From Octopus sinensis (taxonomy: Eukaryota), in NCBI RefSeq assembly GCF_006345805.1, contig NC_043006.1:83576001-83640000 (forward strand): 64,000 bases of DNA, in the 5' to 3' direction. Made by a program: the position numbers and the translations under genes. Below, piece after piece: positions 13,826-26,394 of this stretch. How positions within the stretch are numbered: the first letter of the stretch is position 1; each line of letters begins with the position of its first letter. The notes under the pieces are model-generated. The model was given only the letters and a program-made list of their open reading frames with translations. It was not told the origin of the DNA and searched no databases.

Positions 13826-14170
13826 CATCATCATCGTTTAACGTCCGCTTTCCATGCTAGCATGGGTTGGACAATTTGACTGAGGATTGGCGAACCAGAT
13901 GGCAGCACCAGGCACCAATCTTGATCTAGCAGAGTTTCTACAGCTGGATGCCCTTCCTAACACCAACCACTCCAAGAATGTAGTGGGTGCTTTTACATGT
14001 CACCGACACAGGGGGCAGTCAGGCAGTACTGGCAACGACCTCGCTTGAATCTTTTTACATATGCCACCAGCACAGGTGCCAGTAAGGCGATGCTGGTCAC
14101 GATCACGCTTGAATGGTGCCTTTTACGTGCCACCGGCATGGAAGCCAATTAACCGTTCTGGCAATGATCA
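13826..14170. repeat. Interspersed repeat (family D, (CAT)n-tailed)
   Basis: catcatcgtttaacgtccgctttccatgctagcatgggttggac...; related copies near 9,140-9,350, 26,600-26,920, 28,780-28,945, 40,370-40,510 and 42,720-42,935. Confidence 0.75.
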
Positions 14171-14600
14171 CACTTGGATATTTAATTTTATGTGCCTCTG
14201 GTCATCTGCAAGTTGAGGACTGGTACGAGATAGATTTTTTTTTACCTATGATGGACTACCATTTTTACCTGAGTGAGATCCAGATATTCTGCTCTTAATA
14301 CAACAAAGTCTCTATATGTTGTATTGCTACAATCATCCACTGTAGCTCAAAAAGAAATGATTGGTTAATAATTTATTTTAATATACACGTACAGTTTACT
14401 TCTAAGATGAATAAACACACACAATTTATTTTTAAGATAAATATAATACCTATTTATTATTTATTAATGAGAAAAACTCCAGTGTTTAACTTTTCATTGA
14501 ATACATGTTACTCTTCTGACTAATTGGAAAATATCCAACAAATTTTTAGCAAAATGTCAGAATTTTCCTTGAAACAGAAAATATCTTTGGTGTGTGTATA

Positions 14601-14649
<49 letters not shown>

Positions 14650-15520
14650 GATTGGGTTTTAAATGGCTTCAGATAAATCTTTAATAGCAAATACACTTGC
14701 AGAGATAAAAATGTGTGTAAAACAAGGGCTTTGCTTTGCATTTATCTGCGTTCTTGGGCTACCTTGATTTTTATCTTTCTATATCACATCTGTGATACTT
14801 TGAAAAATTTGCATATAAAGAGCTTAGCAAAGAAGCTAGAAGCTATCCAAAAACTCATTTTGAAAAAAAAAAACACTATCTTATTTCAATTAAAGCAGCT
14901 TTGTGCAGAAAAATTCAAAAGTGTGTGTGTGTGTGTGTGTGTGTGGTGCATTATGTGAAATACAAATCGTTTTTCTGTGCCAAGCAGACCATGTGTAAAG
15001 CATTATGCAAAGCTGGCTTTTGCCTGCCTGATGCGGACATGGTCATTGGAGAGTCTGCTACAAAAAATGCCTCAAAAGCATGCCCCCACCTCAATGCTCT
15101 TGCTGTCAGTCTGTTAGTCAAAATGGCAATGTAAAGCAGCTTACAGCTAGTAGCCAAGAAAACAATAATAATAATAATAAAGTAAAATATTGAAAAAAAA
15201 AAAATGCAAGAATTTTGAAGATCAACAATGTAGCAATGCAAACAGCAGAGAACTACAGACATCTTCACACTGAAGTGCACAGATGCACGAATGTAAAAAC
15301 ACCACCAGTTTCATCCTGAGGCTCATCAGAAGAGATTTATTACAACTCTGAGTGTGTTTACTGTATGTATGTATATGTATGTGTTCTGCAAGAGCAACCT
15401 GCAGACACATTCACTGTCAGCTTACTGCTTCTGTACCCACCACCAACACAACCACCTCCACCTTTTGCATGGTTATCACTTTCCGAACATTCGACCACAT
15501 AGCAAGAATCTGGTTTGAAA

Positions 15521-15555
<35 letters not shown>

Positions 15556-16151
15556 TTTACTTCTTTACACTTTTTTTCTTTTCACCTTTGTTCTACTATA
15601 TTGCATGTTAGACATTTTCGTTTCAATAGTATGTAGAACTGACATATCTTTTAAATTTATTTAAAATTTTCTATCTTTATTTTTACTCCAGTTTTTTTTC
15701 TCTTTTGTTTTGTAAACTCTTTAATTTTGGTTTCCTTTTCTTTCTTTTTTTTCTTTTTCTTTTTATCAATTTTAATTTCTTTTTCCTTGATTTTAATTTT
15801 ATATCATTTCATCACATTCATATCCATCTTGTTTTTGCTCCATCCTCCCACCCTCCCACAACCTACCACCAGTCCACTAAAAACCACTTTTCCTTTTTTT
15901 ATCATTATTATCCCTTTCTTCCTTATTTTCTTCCTCCTCCTTTTTTTTTCTTCAGCCTCTCATCATCATCTGAAAGAAAAAAATCACATGTTTTGTTGAA
16001 AATTTTATTATTTTTAAATGGTTATTGATGAAGTAATCAAAAGTAAAAATATTGATAATAATAACAATAATAAGCTTATTGTAAGCAGCTCCTTAGAAAA
16101 TAGTAAAAAGGGGGACAAAAAGCAGTTATAAATCAAGAAAGACAAATAGCA

Positions 16152-16188
<37 letters not shown>

Positions 16189-16530
16189 AGAGTTGTAAAA
16201 GAATTTATATTCTACAATGATAGATGATAGGCTTAATCAGAATTTAATGAATATATAAAGTTTTAGATATTAGTATAAGGATTAATTAAATATTTTGTCA
16301 TTTGTCTTCTATGAGTTTTGATCCATAAAACTAAGAAAATGACTCAATTTTGACAGTTAAAAATAGTGATTTCTTAATTTTCTAGTATCTAGTTTTTGTT
16401 TTGAACTTAGTTTTTATTACTAAAGTAACAATGTAAACTAGGTAAAGAAAAAGAAAAAGATGAGTAAAAAATTCAAAACACATTTTCTAGTTCAAATTTA
16501 ATCCGTATAATTACCTTCCTCTTCTAGCAG

Positions 16531-16686
16531 AAGGCTGATACATCAACCAAGAAAGAAATCACAGTCCTGGATCCAAAGCGCTCAAATGCAATCAACATTG
16601 GTCTCAAGGTGTTGCCTCCACCTCGTACAATCAAAGCTGCTATATTAAAAATGGATAGTTCCGTAATAAACAAAGAAGGAATTGAA
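16531..16686 (+). CDS. FHOD3: FHOD formin FH2 exon
   Basis: KADTSTKKEITVLDPKRSNAINIGLKVLPPPRTIKAAILKMDSSVINKEGIE contains the FHOD signature VLDxKRSNAINIGL.LPPPR. Acceptor cttctagcag (alternative start 16528), donor gtaagt; 156 nt, phase 0/0. Confidence 0.95.
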
Positions 16687-17152
16687 GTAAGTTCTTATTT
16701 CATAGTTACAGACACTAAATATGGCATGTTTTACCTTGGAAAATTTATGAAGATCCTTAATCAATTTTCAACCCTTGTTCATGTTTTATAAGGGCTATCT
16801 ACATTATTTGACCAAATCCCAGAGGGAGCAGCCAATCTGCTTATATACACATCAAATCTAGTACATTAATATACCAAATCTTGAAATCATTACTTAATTT
16901 TAAAATTTCAAAATCTGTGACACCAACAGAAATATCTCTATTTGTTTATCTCTTTCATTTTCTCATGGTAAAACTTGCTTACTTCCAATAAAAGTATATT
17001 GCTCACACCATATGTGTGTGTGTGTGTTTCAGTGTGCATGCATGTGTGTAAGGAATTTCATTAGGGTGACAGTGATTTTAAAAAGGGATGTAAAAGAACA
17101 TTTATTTTAAAAGCATATTTTTCTGTTAGTAAATACATTTTTTCTTACACAT

Positions 17153-17187
<35 letters not shown>

Positions 17188-18018
17188 CTCAATTGGTGCT
17201 GGGTATGGATTAAAAGTTTAAGATTAAAAATGTAAATCCCAGTAATAGACCACCACATCATCATTCCATAAAATGTGTTTGAGGGAAAAAATATTTTAAA
17301 ATATCAATATATGTAACAAAGAAACAAGGAAGGTACCAGGTGGTCATGAGATGTGCTAGAAACAAAAATATCTTCCTTAAATCACACACCTTTTCATCTA
17401 AAAATTATTTTGAAATTATAAACAGAAACAAATTGCAGATGCAGTCTATATTTTAAGACTATGATTAAAAAGTACTTTGAAAAATGCCAAACTTTTAGGA
17501 CTTACAAGGTTGCAGGGTGGATAAAATTTTTTTTTAAACTTCACTATTGTTTTCAAATTACATTTCATTTACTGCTTGAAAATAAAGGAAGTAGGGATTG
17601 TAATGATGATTGCTAATTTCATAAATTTCTTTTTGTTTTAGTTCTTCCGTTATTTTTAAGTGCATAGTGCAAAAAATTAGATAAAATTAGTCCTCAAGGA
17701 GAGGAGATGGGATTCATAAATTTTCAAAAAATTTTTTTCATAAAAAGCTTCCCATCATTTACAAGGATGTAGTGAGGGGAAAAATTGGAAAAATTTCCAT
17801 CAAAACAGAGAAAATCAAACTTATGTAGGTCTGCTATTTCGAAAGTTTGCCAAGGCAATCTGTTGTGAAAATTACCTAGCAACAACAAGATACTCAGCTA
17901 GTAAGTGTGTGTGTTTGTATAGAGAGAGAGATAGATAGAGTTCATCAAGCTTTGCATGTGTTTATTTTATTTCTTGTATTCTTTGATTATTCTGAAATAT
18001 TTTCTCTTCTGCTTCCAG

Positions 18019-18204
18019 AAAATATTGTTTACAATGATCCCAGCTGATGAAGAGAAAACTCAGATTTTAGATGCGCAGATGTTGTATCCTGACACACCCC
18101 TGGGAACTGCTGAGCAGTTCCTTCTTATATTATCATCTATAAGTGAGCTGCAGGCACGGCTTCGCCTATGGTTGTTCAAATTAGATTATGAAACGCTAGA
18201 ACAG
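18019..18204 (+). CDS. FHOD3: FHOD formin FH2 exon
   Basis: KILFTMIPADEEKTQI...PLGTAEQFLLILSSISELQARLRLWLFKLDYETLEQ; ttccag / gtaaga; 186 nt. Confidence 0.95.
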
Positions 18205-18379
18205 GTAAGAAAGATTTATTTTTTTATTTTTTAAAAAGAACACAATCTCATGTACTGTTAGTTAAATATCTTATCAACCCACCCAATTCGCTTTATTTGC
18301 TTTGCCCATAATAAATGTTAACTTTCAGCCAAGTATGGATGTGTTTTAAATAACTGGTCCCTCCTTGTTTCTCTTCCAG

Positions 18380-18499
18380 GAAATTGCAGAACCATTAATG
18401 GACTTGAAGAAAGGAATTGAAGAATTACTTGTTAATAAAACATTCAAGTACATATTATCTGCAATGTTAGCTATTGGTAGTTTCTTGAATGGTACACAG
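18380..18499 (+). CDS. FHOD3: FHOD formin FH2 exon
   Basis: [40 protein letters not shown] (GNFLN-like FH2 motif); ttccag / gtaaga; 120 nt. Confidence 0.95.
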
Positions 18500-19101
18500 G
18501 TAAGATATACAGCTTTATTTTTTGATATTTTTGTTTTTATGATTATTCCATTAGTCTCCTTAATTCCCTTCGTTTTATTTGAATCATTATAATTTCATAT
18601 GATTAAAAAAAAATTATTCTTTTGAAAGATAACTGAACTTACAGTCCTTCCCTCCCTCCCCTCTTTTTCTCCCTCTTACTTTATCTTTCTCTCTGTCAAT
18701 CTCTCAGTTCTGTGTAGCACCTGAGGATGTTCTGTTTGGGTGTTCAGTACCTTAGCTTTTTATAACATTCAGTTAAGCTTCCAGAACCTTCGACAAGACT
18801 ATTAGAAGAGAAAATCCACAAAACTGGTTTCAAGTCTACTGCTTCTTTGGTTACACACTAGTCAATCTGATTGGTTGAACCATGCTCATGTAGGCATTAA
18901 TACATTTTATGATGACACACTTAATTTGTCATAGCTGGTCTTTTCTTTTTATGACAATATAGTTAAGCTGTGATTCTAAACTGGATTATCTGAACAAGAT
19001 GATTTGAAAATCAGCAGAAGCCTCACCACAAGCAAACGCAGATATCTTTTACTCAACCACTCTTCATGAAATGATATCTCCCCTATTAATGTCTGTTTCA
19101 G

Positions 19102-19263
19102 GTACAAGGCTTTACAATAGATTACTTGGCTAAAGTACCAGAAGTGAAGGACACAGTCCATAAACATTCTTTACTTCATCATTTATGCACCATCATCATT
19201 GAGCAGTTCCCAGATGGTACAGATCTTTATTCAGAGATTGGGGCCATTAACCGGTGTGCAAAA
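19102..19263 (+). CDS. FHOD3: FHOD formin FH2 exon
   Basis: VQGFTIDYLAKVPEVKDTVHKHSLLHHLCTIIIEQFPDGTDLYSEIGAINRCAK; tttcag / gtaagt; 162 nt. Not in the ORF track; translated by hand. Confidence 0.95.
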
Positions 19264-20002
19264 GTAAGTTGATATTAATATATCTTCCTATTTGTATTTT
19301 CATTCAAAATTTTCACTGTCACCATATTTATGTTTAAACGTACTTGTCTTTAATTTAATTAATTTTGAAAATAACAAAGAATTTAGTACAATAATTTTAC
19401 CATTAAAACCTTCCATCAAAAATTTTGATGAAATTTTGATGGAAGGTCTTAATTTAAATCACTTTAAACCTTTTATTACAAAATTTCCGTTGAGATACCT
19501 AACCTTAGTTTCAATTAATTTTGAAGATAATGAAAAATTTAGTAGAATAATTTTGTCATTATTAAATTGGTATTTGAAACATAAATAAACATGAAGTTTT
19601 AATAGAAAATTACTTTTTTAAAACGTGGAATTTGTATAATAAAACCAGGGGCAGATTCTGGCAAGATGGTATCTGAAGAGTTAAAACTTTTCTTCTGTTC
19701 CACATAAAAATTCTGTTTAAAAACATACTATATTTATTCATGTTCATATTTTATTTTCATAATTATTTTTTAAGTACCTTAACTTAATCATTAAATCTTA
19801 TAAAATTTTTGATTTAAAATTAGTTTACTATAGCTATGAGCTTAAGGAGCTCATCACAAATTCTAACCTTATTACAGCCAATGCATATACTGTACCTTTG
19901 GCTAAGGAACTTAAGTCTGCTTGTCTCACTGAATTTAACTGGACATGTTCCAAAAAGTAATTTTTATTGATTTTATTGGAATTTTGTCTTTGAATTTTTT
20001 AG

Positions 20003-20118
20003 ATTGATTGGGATGAACTTGCTGAGAAGCTGGAGAAAATGGAATTAGATTGTAAAAATTCCTGGGAACACTTAAAAGCAGTTGTGAAACACGACCGATG
20101 CTCAGCCTTGAAGAGCAA
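20003..20118 (+). CDS. FHOD3: FHOD formin FH2 exon
   Basis: IDWDELAEKLEKMELDCKNSWEHLKAVVKHDRCSALKS(K); ttttag / gtaagt; 116 nt, ends phase 2. Confidence 0.93.
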
Positions 20119-21072
20119 GTAAGTTAATTATAACCTTAATTACAAAGCAAGTAATTTAATAATAAGCATATAAATAAATAGCATAGACACAGTATGGACG
20201 GTATCATTGATACATGTACTTGAAATATTTTGATTACTTCTATTGAAATAAATTCTTTAAAAAATTGCAAATATGTCCACAATATAGCAACAGTGTATGA
20301 CAGAAGGACAACTTGGTAGTACTAGACCAACAATTTATTGATGAATTAAGCTTGGAATCACTCACTCCACTCCACTCTCTGGGCCCTGCAAATGTCTCTT
20401 CACTCTGCCTTTTCAAACACTACTTCATTAGTTTCTATTCTTCAAAGCTCACTGGTTTTGTGTTAGTCCCACTTAAGCTTACACAACTCAAAACTTTACT
20501 CTATCCCTAGTCATCTACATCATGTTCTTCTCCACACATATATATACTCACAGAGATATTATCCGTTGTGGCTAATCATTCTTCTCCAGATTGTTATATC
20601 CCTCTGTAATTCCCTCCCTGTTTTTTCAACAAGAAAGTCAACTTCTTCCTTCAAACCAAGCATATATATAAAAAAGAATAAACCTTAACTTACAATTTCT
20701 AACATCCATCACTTCTTATGAATGCATCAACCATGGCTACTTTCCACTGTCAGCAAATAACATTCCTGTTATTCACATTGCATCTCCTTCATTTTTCAAC
20801 CACCTCTCCTGCTCATACTGACCAAACAAAAGAACCTTTCTCAATTTCTGCTATAAATAGTAGCCAAATCATGACCGAAGGGGGTCACAATCACAATATG
20901 TATTATAGATTAACAGGAATAATAGCTTTTAATTTGTTAGTTCCTTTAAATCAATAGCTTTAATATAGACTTTGTTTTATCTTCTCACGTCCTTGTTGAA
21001 ATTATTGTTCATAAGCATTAAGGCAAATGTATATATAAAAAACTTATCGTAAATTTCCGTATTTATTTACAG

Positions 21073-21147
21073 AACTTGTGAATTTCTACAAGATGCTGCT
21101 GAAAGAATTATGATTTTGAAAATCATTCACAGAAGAGTTGTTACAAG
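21073..21147 (+). CDS. FHOD3: FHOD formin FH2 exon
   Basis: (K)TCEFLQDAAERIMILKIIHRRVVT(R); ttacag / gtaaaa; 75 nt, phase 2/2. Confidence 0.92.
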
Positions 21148-22004
21148 GTAAAACTTAATTTCTTCTTCATATTTCAATAAATTTAGTTGCTGACAAAATT
21201 CATCCAAATTTGCATAGATTATAAGCATACTGATTAGTAATTTACAATAATTTATGATACTGAAGGCTAAAGCATTAATTAACAATTCATCTTTATGCTT
21301 TTTTATAAAATTCAGTTTATCTCACTCTTTCTGATTCAGTATCTCACAGTCTCATTCTTAAATCTAAATCAAAAATTTCTTCTTACTTTTTTAACTAAAT
21401 TTCTTATGCATTTTTCATTAACATTTCCCCATCAAGAATAAAAGTACTAAATAAGTATTTATTAACCAAGCCATAAGATTTCAGATTTAAGAGAAAAGAT
21501 ACCAAATTGTGTGCTGTTTATGCCTTTCTCAATGGCATTTACAATAGAAATTAAATGAAGTGATGTTACAACTAAAAAGATATAGTTTATATAGATATTC
21601 CTAGAATATTACTGTCACTGGCACAACAGTTTGTTGAAAAAAGGTTATAAGAGGGGGGGGAGCATACATATAAATCAAGTAATGAAAAACAGAAAATAAA
21701 CTTAGAAGTACATTCACAATACACAAAATATAATGCAAAAAGACAGAGAAGTAAACATCAAGAATCATAAGGAGAAAAGGGTACATAGTTACACTAGGAA
21801 TTGTGCTGGTGAATTTCAGAAAGCTTGGAATTTTTGAAGCTAACAACTGATGTGGGTAATTTATTCCATGCTTCAACAACTCTGAACATGATAAAATTTA
21901 TTTATGTTTTATACTATATTTACTACCCTAGTTATTTTTTTTTTCATTTGCGTTTCACTGAACTGCCATTTTCAGTATTATTAATCTGGGCATACTCCCT
22001 TTCT

Positions 22005-22381
22005 CTTTTACTTGTTTCAATCATTTGACTGTGGCCATGCTGGAGCACAGCCTTATTCTTTGTAAGCCTAGTACTTATTCTATCAGTCTCTTTTGCCGAA
22101 TTGCTAAGTTACGGGTACGTAAACACACCACCATCGGTTATCAAGCGATGTTGGAGGGACACACATAGACACACAAACATATACACACACACACACATAT
22201 ATATATATACATATATATGACAGGCTTCTTTTAGTTTCTGTCTACCAAATCCACTCACACGGCTTTGGTTGGCCCGAGGCTATAGTAGAAGACACTTGCC
22301 CAAGGTGCCACGCAGTGGGAATGAACCTGGAAACATGTGGTTGGTAAGCAAGCTACTTACCACACAACCACTCCTTTGCCT
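22005..22381 (-). mobile_element. SINE family B
   Basis: Near full-length copy with internal (CA)/(TA) tract. Confidence 0.85.
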
Positions 22382-22497
22382 ATATGTATTTTTTTTTTGT
22401 CAATAAATATTATCCTTAGTGTGAAACATTAGATCTGTGTTGTGTTGGACTCTTTTTGCTCTGATAATAACAGTTGTTGTGATATTTGTTTGTTCAG

Positions 22498-22690
22498 GTA
22501 CCAAAAACTGTTGATGTATATGGGGCTTCCAGTTAGTGTGGCTAAAGACCAAAAAATTAGTCAGTTCTGTAAAGTGATCAGCGAATTTGCTCTAGAGTAC
22601 CGAACGACTCGAGACAAAGTGAACCAACAGCTACTCAAGAAACAGAATCAACGAGAGAGGAAGAAGACGCGTGGTAAAATGATTGTTGAT
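22498..22690 (+). CDS. FHOD3: FHOD formin exon, end of FH2
   Basis: (R)YQKLLMYMGLP...FCKVISEFALEYRTTRDKVNQQLLKKQNQRERKKTRGKMIVD contains the FHOD motif SEFALEYRTTR..RERNKTRGKMI; gttcag / gtaagt; 193 nt. Confidence 0.95.
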
Positions 22691-23051
22691 GTAAGTATTG
22701 CACTTTTAGACAAAAAAAACATATTTGAAATTCCCATACAGCATAAAAGTCAACTCAGTATAAAAAGAAATTTTACTCTATTTTTAACTTACCCAATATA
22801 AAGAAACTACCTTGGTAAAATAGGGTTACCAAGCATATATATAAATTGGATTGAGTTCTGCCTTTTTCTGTTGCAAATGATAATGGATTCAACAAATTAT
22901 AGACCATCTTACAAGTTATCATCATCATTCCTTTTTCTTATTGATACCAATGCTAGCAAATATGAATATCTGTGGCATTAAGTCTATTTTTAACAATATG
23001 GTCTTTTAATTTACTATTTATGAATGTGTGTTGTTTACTTTCAATTTACAG

Positions 23052-23175
23052 ACTGAGAAGTTTGTCAAATCTAAAGAACATGTTGCAGAGGATCCTTTAC
23101 AGAAATTACTGGCCAATGGCTACACAAGTGCTGACGAACGTGGTTTACCTGGTCAGCTCTTGAGGAAAAAAGTTG
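23052..23175 (+). CDS. FHOD3: FHOD formin exon, post-FH2 linker
   Basis: TEKFVKSKEHVAEDPLQKLLANGYTSADERGLPGQLLRKKV; ttacag / gtaagt; 124 nt, phase 0/1. Confidence 0.88.
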
Positions 23176-23777
23176 GTAAGTATTTTGAACAGATTTTCTT
23201 ACAGAAATTTCTCAAAAAAAAAAATACCATTATTCTATCTATATATAAAATGTATATATTTTACTTTGATGAAGGGCTAACTGCCGAAGCACTGAGATTC
23301 TTTCTCTTCTCATTAAAGCATTAGGCTAATATTATATTTGTTAACTTGTCCCTCCTGTGTTATCTTTTGTTATTTTTCATTGCATTTACACTTAGTGTAT
23401 GTGCTTTCAGCATTGTTTTGGCAACATAATCTATATTATATGATCCAATATAAATTACCAGCCACTAGTTCTTGATTAGTAAAAATGATCTATCCTTGTG
23501 TTGGCACAGTTTGAGGCCAATATTACAAGGCTTGTCATCTAAGCTAGAGTGTAATGTGGCAGGCAAACATAGAGGGCAGGTACTGAAAGGGAAAGCAGTT
23601 GGATGTGATGTCAGGAGAGTAAGGAGCCTTTTAATTTTGAGGGGAAAAAATAAGACTCATACTTAGGTTTTCTGGTAGCCATCAGAATGAAACCTCTCTG
23701 CTTGTTTTGAGTTGGAGTGAGTCAAGAGTAAATTAAGTTTTTTTCTCTTCATTGTGGTCTCCCTAGAACTCCACCAG

Positions 23778-23798
23778 AAAAAGGTAACATCAACCAAG
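23778..23798 (+). other. Candidate 21-nt microexon (EKGNINQ) of FHOD
   Basis: ccaccag|AAAAAGGTAACATCAACCAAG|gtaagg; phase 1/1 preserved; competing out-of-frame TAG at 23,764-66. Confidence 0.4.
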
Positions 23799-23894
23799 GT
23801 AAGGTTAGATTATTTGCCTATTCACCAACAGAGAGTTCAAACAATGAACTATTTTTGTTTTCCCTTAATTTTTCTTGTCATTTACAAAGACACA

Positions 23895-24240
23895 GACATA
23901 GCTGTGTGGTTAAGAAGTTTGCTTCCCAACCATGTAGTCTCAGGTTCACTTCTACTGCGCAGCACCGTGGGCAAGTATTTTCTGCTATAACCCCAAAGCA
24001 ACCAATGCTTTATGAGTGGATTAGGTAAATTCTGTGTGTGTGTGTGTGTGTGTGTGTTAGTCCCCACTCCCAACCACTTAACAACCAGTATTGTTTTTTT
24101 TTTTACATTTCCATAACATTGCTACTTGACAAAAAAGTACCAGGCTTTAAAGTTTATTTGTTCAACTGAAACCTTTCAAAGCTGTGCCCACCAACTTGGT
24201 TGCAGTTCAATGACTATAACTAGTAAAAATAAAAGATCCT
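23895..24240 (+). mobile_element. SINE family B (diverged)
   Basis: gctgtgtggttaagaagtttgcttcccaaccatgtag...gggcaagt is the reverse complement of the head of the 22,005-22,381 copy. Confidence 0.7.
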
Positions 24241-24284
24241 ATGGTAATAAGGATTTGAGAGTTATGCTTTTGTTTGCCTTCCAG

Positions 24285-24425
24285 GTCGAGGTTGTCTAAC
24301 AACAGATTCTGAGATGTATGATACTGCTGATGATGAAATTTTAGAAGCATGTGTACGAACAGCAGCCACACCACTAAAGAGACCACAGAAAGAAAGACGA
24401 CGTTCTAGAGGACCTCGGAAATCTT
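24285..24425 (+). CDS. FHOD3: FHOD formin exon, DAD core
   Basis: (G)RGCLTTDSEMYDTADDEILEACVRTAATPLKRPQKERRRSRGPRKS, with DAD core DDEILE..V and basic ERRRSR; ttccag / gtaagc; 141 nt, phase 1/1. Confidence 0.92.
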
Positions 24426-24758
24426 GTAAGCATCTTTTTTTATTATCATAATATGTGAAATTCTTGAATTATATGACAAAACAAGAATAGTTAGCTAGCG
24501 GGGACCTATAATCTAACAATATTATAACCTTACTGTTGCGTATATTGACAATTATGTTGGTGAAAAGAATCATTGATTAAGAGGTCTTCTTAATGAAGAT
24601 ATCATCTCACTCTTGAAAAATATTATTCATTTTCTTCAGATACTGATGTTTGAAAATATATATTTCTGAATAATATATATGTTCTCTTGCTTGGAAATAT
24701 GTGAGGGTTGGCAATAGGAAGGGCAACTGTTGAGGACATATAAAAGAATAAAAGAAAA

Positions 24759-24801
<43 letters not shown>

Positions 24802-26388
24802 TCATCATTTCAATGTTCATTTTTCCATTCATGCATAGTTCAGATGGAATTCAGTGAGGCAGATTTTCTTAAGATTGATGCCTTTCTATTGCCAACCCTC
24901 ACTTGTTTCCAAGCAAGGTAATATTTCCCCATGCATAAAGTGGGAGCTGGCAGAGTCGTTAGCATGTTGGACAAAATGCTTAGCGGCATTTCATCTGTCT
25001 TTATGTTCTGAGTTCTAATTCCACCAAGGTCGACTTAGCCTTTCATCCTTTTGTAATCAATAACATTTGTACCAGTTGAGTGTTGGGGTTGATGTAATTG
25101 ACTTACTCTTTCCCCCGAAATTGCTGGCCTTGTGCCAAAACTTGAGACCAATATTTCCCCATGCATATGTCCCTAGATAATTTAATCATACCTTACTCAA
25201 ATAAGATATGATTTTATGTCTATGTGACTACAAGAAATGGGAAATATGAAACTCAAATATACCACATAAGGGAGAATCTAGACCATTTACCAAATTTACC
25301 TTGTGGTAAAATACAAATAATTAATTGTTGAAATTAAATATTATTTTTATTACACATTTCATATTCAGACCCTTGTGGCTGATAAAGAAATTTCATATTT
25401 TAGAAGCATGGTTGCATATGGTTTCTTGGGATTGTTTTTATCGTATGCTTAGATCATTCTGAAAAAAAGATCTCTATATATATGTGTATGTATATAACTT
25501 ACTATATACATATATATATAGCTTTCAGTTAATTCTTGCTTGTGAACATGGATGTTGTAAAATTTTGCATATATGTTGCTATATATCTATAAAGAACCAT
25601 TTCACTCAGAAATTAATGTACGATAAATTCTGTATGTATATGAAAATGTTAATTTCTGTGCATAAATATCCATTATTCATAAAATGCTATGTTGGTATTG
25701 TATATATATTTTGGTAACCTTAAATATTCTAATCTTTGGCTTTCTAATATAATGCTTTCATTATCATCATTAAGGCAAAATTGATAATGTTGGACAAAAT
25801 GCTTAGCAGCATTTCTTCCAGCTCTTTACATTCTGAGTTCAAATCCCACGTTTGCCTTTGATCCTTTTGGGATTGATAAAATAAAGCATCAGTGAAATAC
25901 TGGGGTCGAAGTAATCGACTAACTACCTCTTGCTAAAATTACTGGCCTTGGGCCAAAATTTGAAACAATTATTATTATTATTATTATTATTCATTGTGTC
26001 TACTCTTGGTTAGTATCTTTTGATGATTAAAAGAAAATTTTTTTTTTTTTAAATCCTTGTAATGCTTCCTATCTGTCCATGCTTATTAACTTGGCTGCAT
26101 TTCATAAAATTTCAGGGACCTGGGAAAATGGCCTCTAGGTAATATTGAGTTGGTTGTAGCCAATCTATTTTGGTGTTGTATGCAGGCTTCATTTATCTGA
26201 CTGTAGTTTTGGTCACATGCTCAGTCAGCTCACAAATACTTGAAAGCTAAAACACAATTTTTAATTTATAACTGTTTCACAATTCTCAACTGTCCAATAC
26301 TTTTTAATTTCCTTGTTTTTTTTTATTTCTTTTTGTCTGCATTTGTGTATTTATTATGTAAATGTGTTGAAATGTAATTTTTTTGAAG

Positions 26389-26394
26389 GCATCG
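26389..26394 (+). other. Candidate 6-nt microexon inside the DAD of FHOD
   Basis: ttttttgaag|GCATCG|gtatgt; ~140-nt AG-free zone upstream; YGCY cluster and ACTAAT downstream; phase preserved. Confidence 0.4.
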
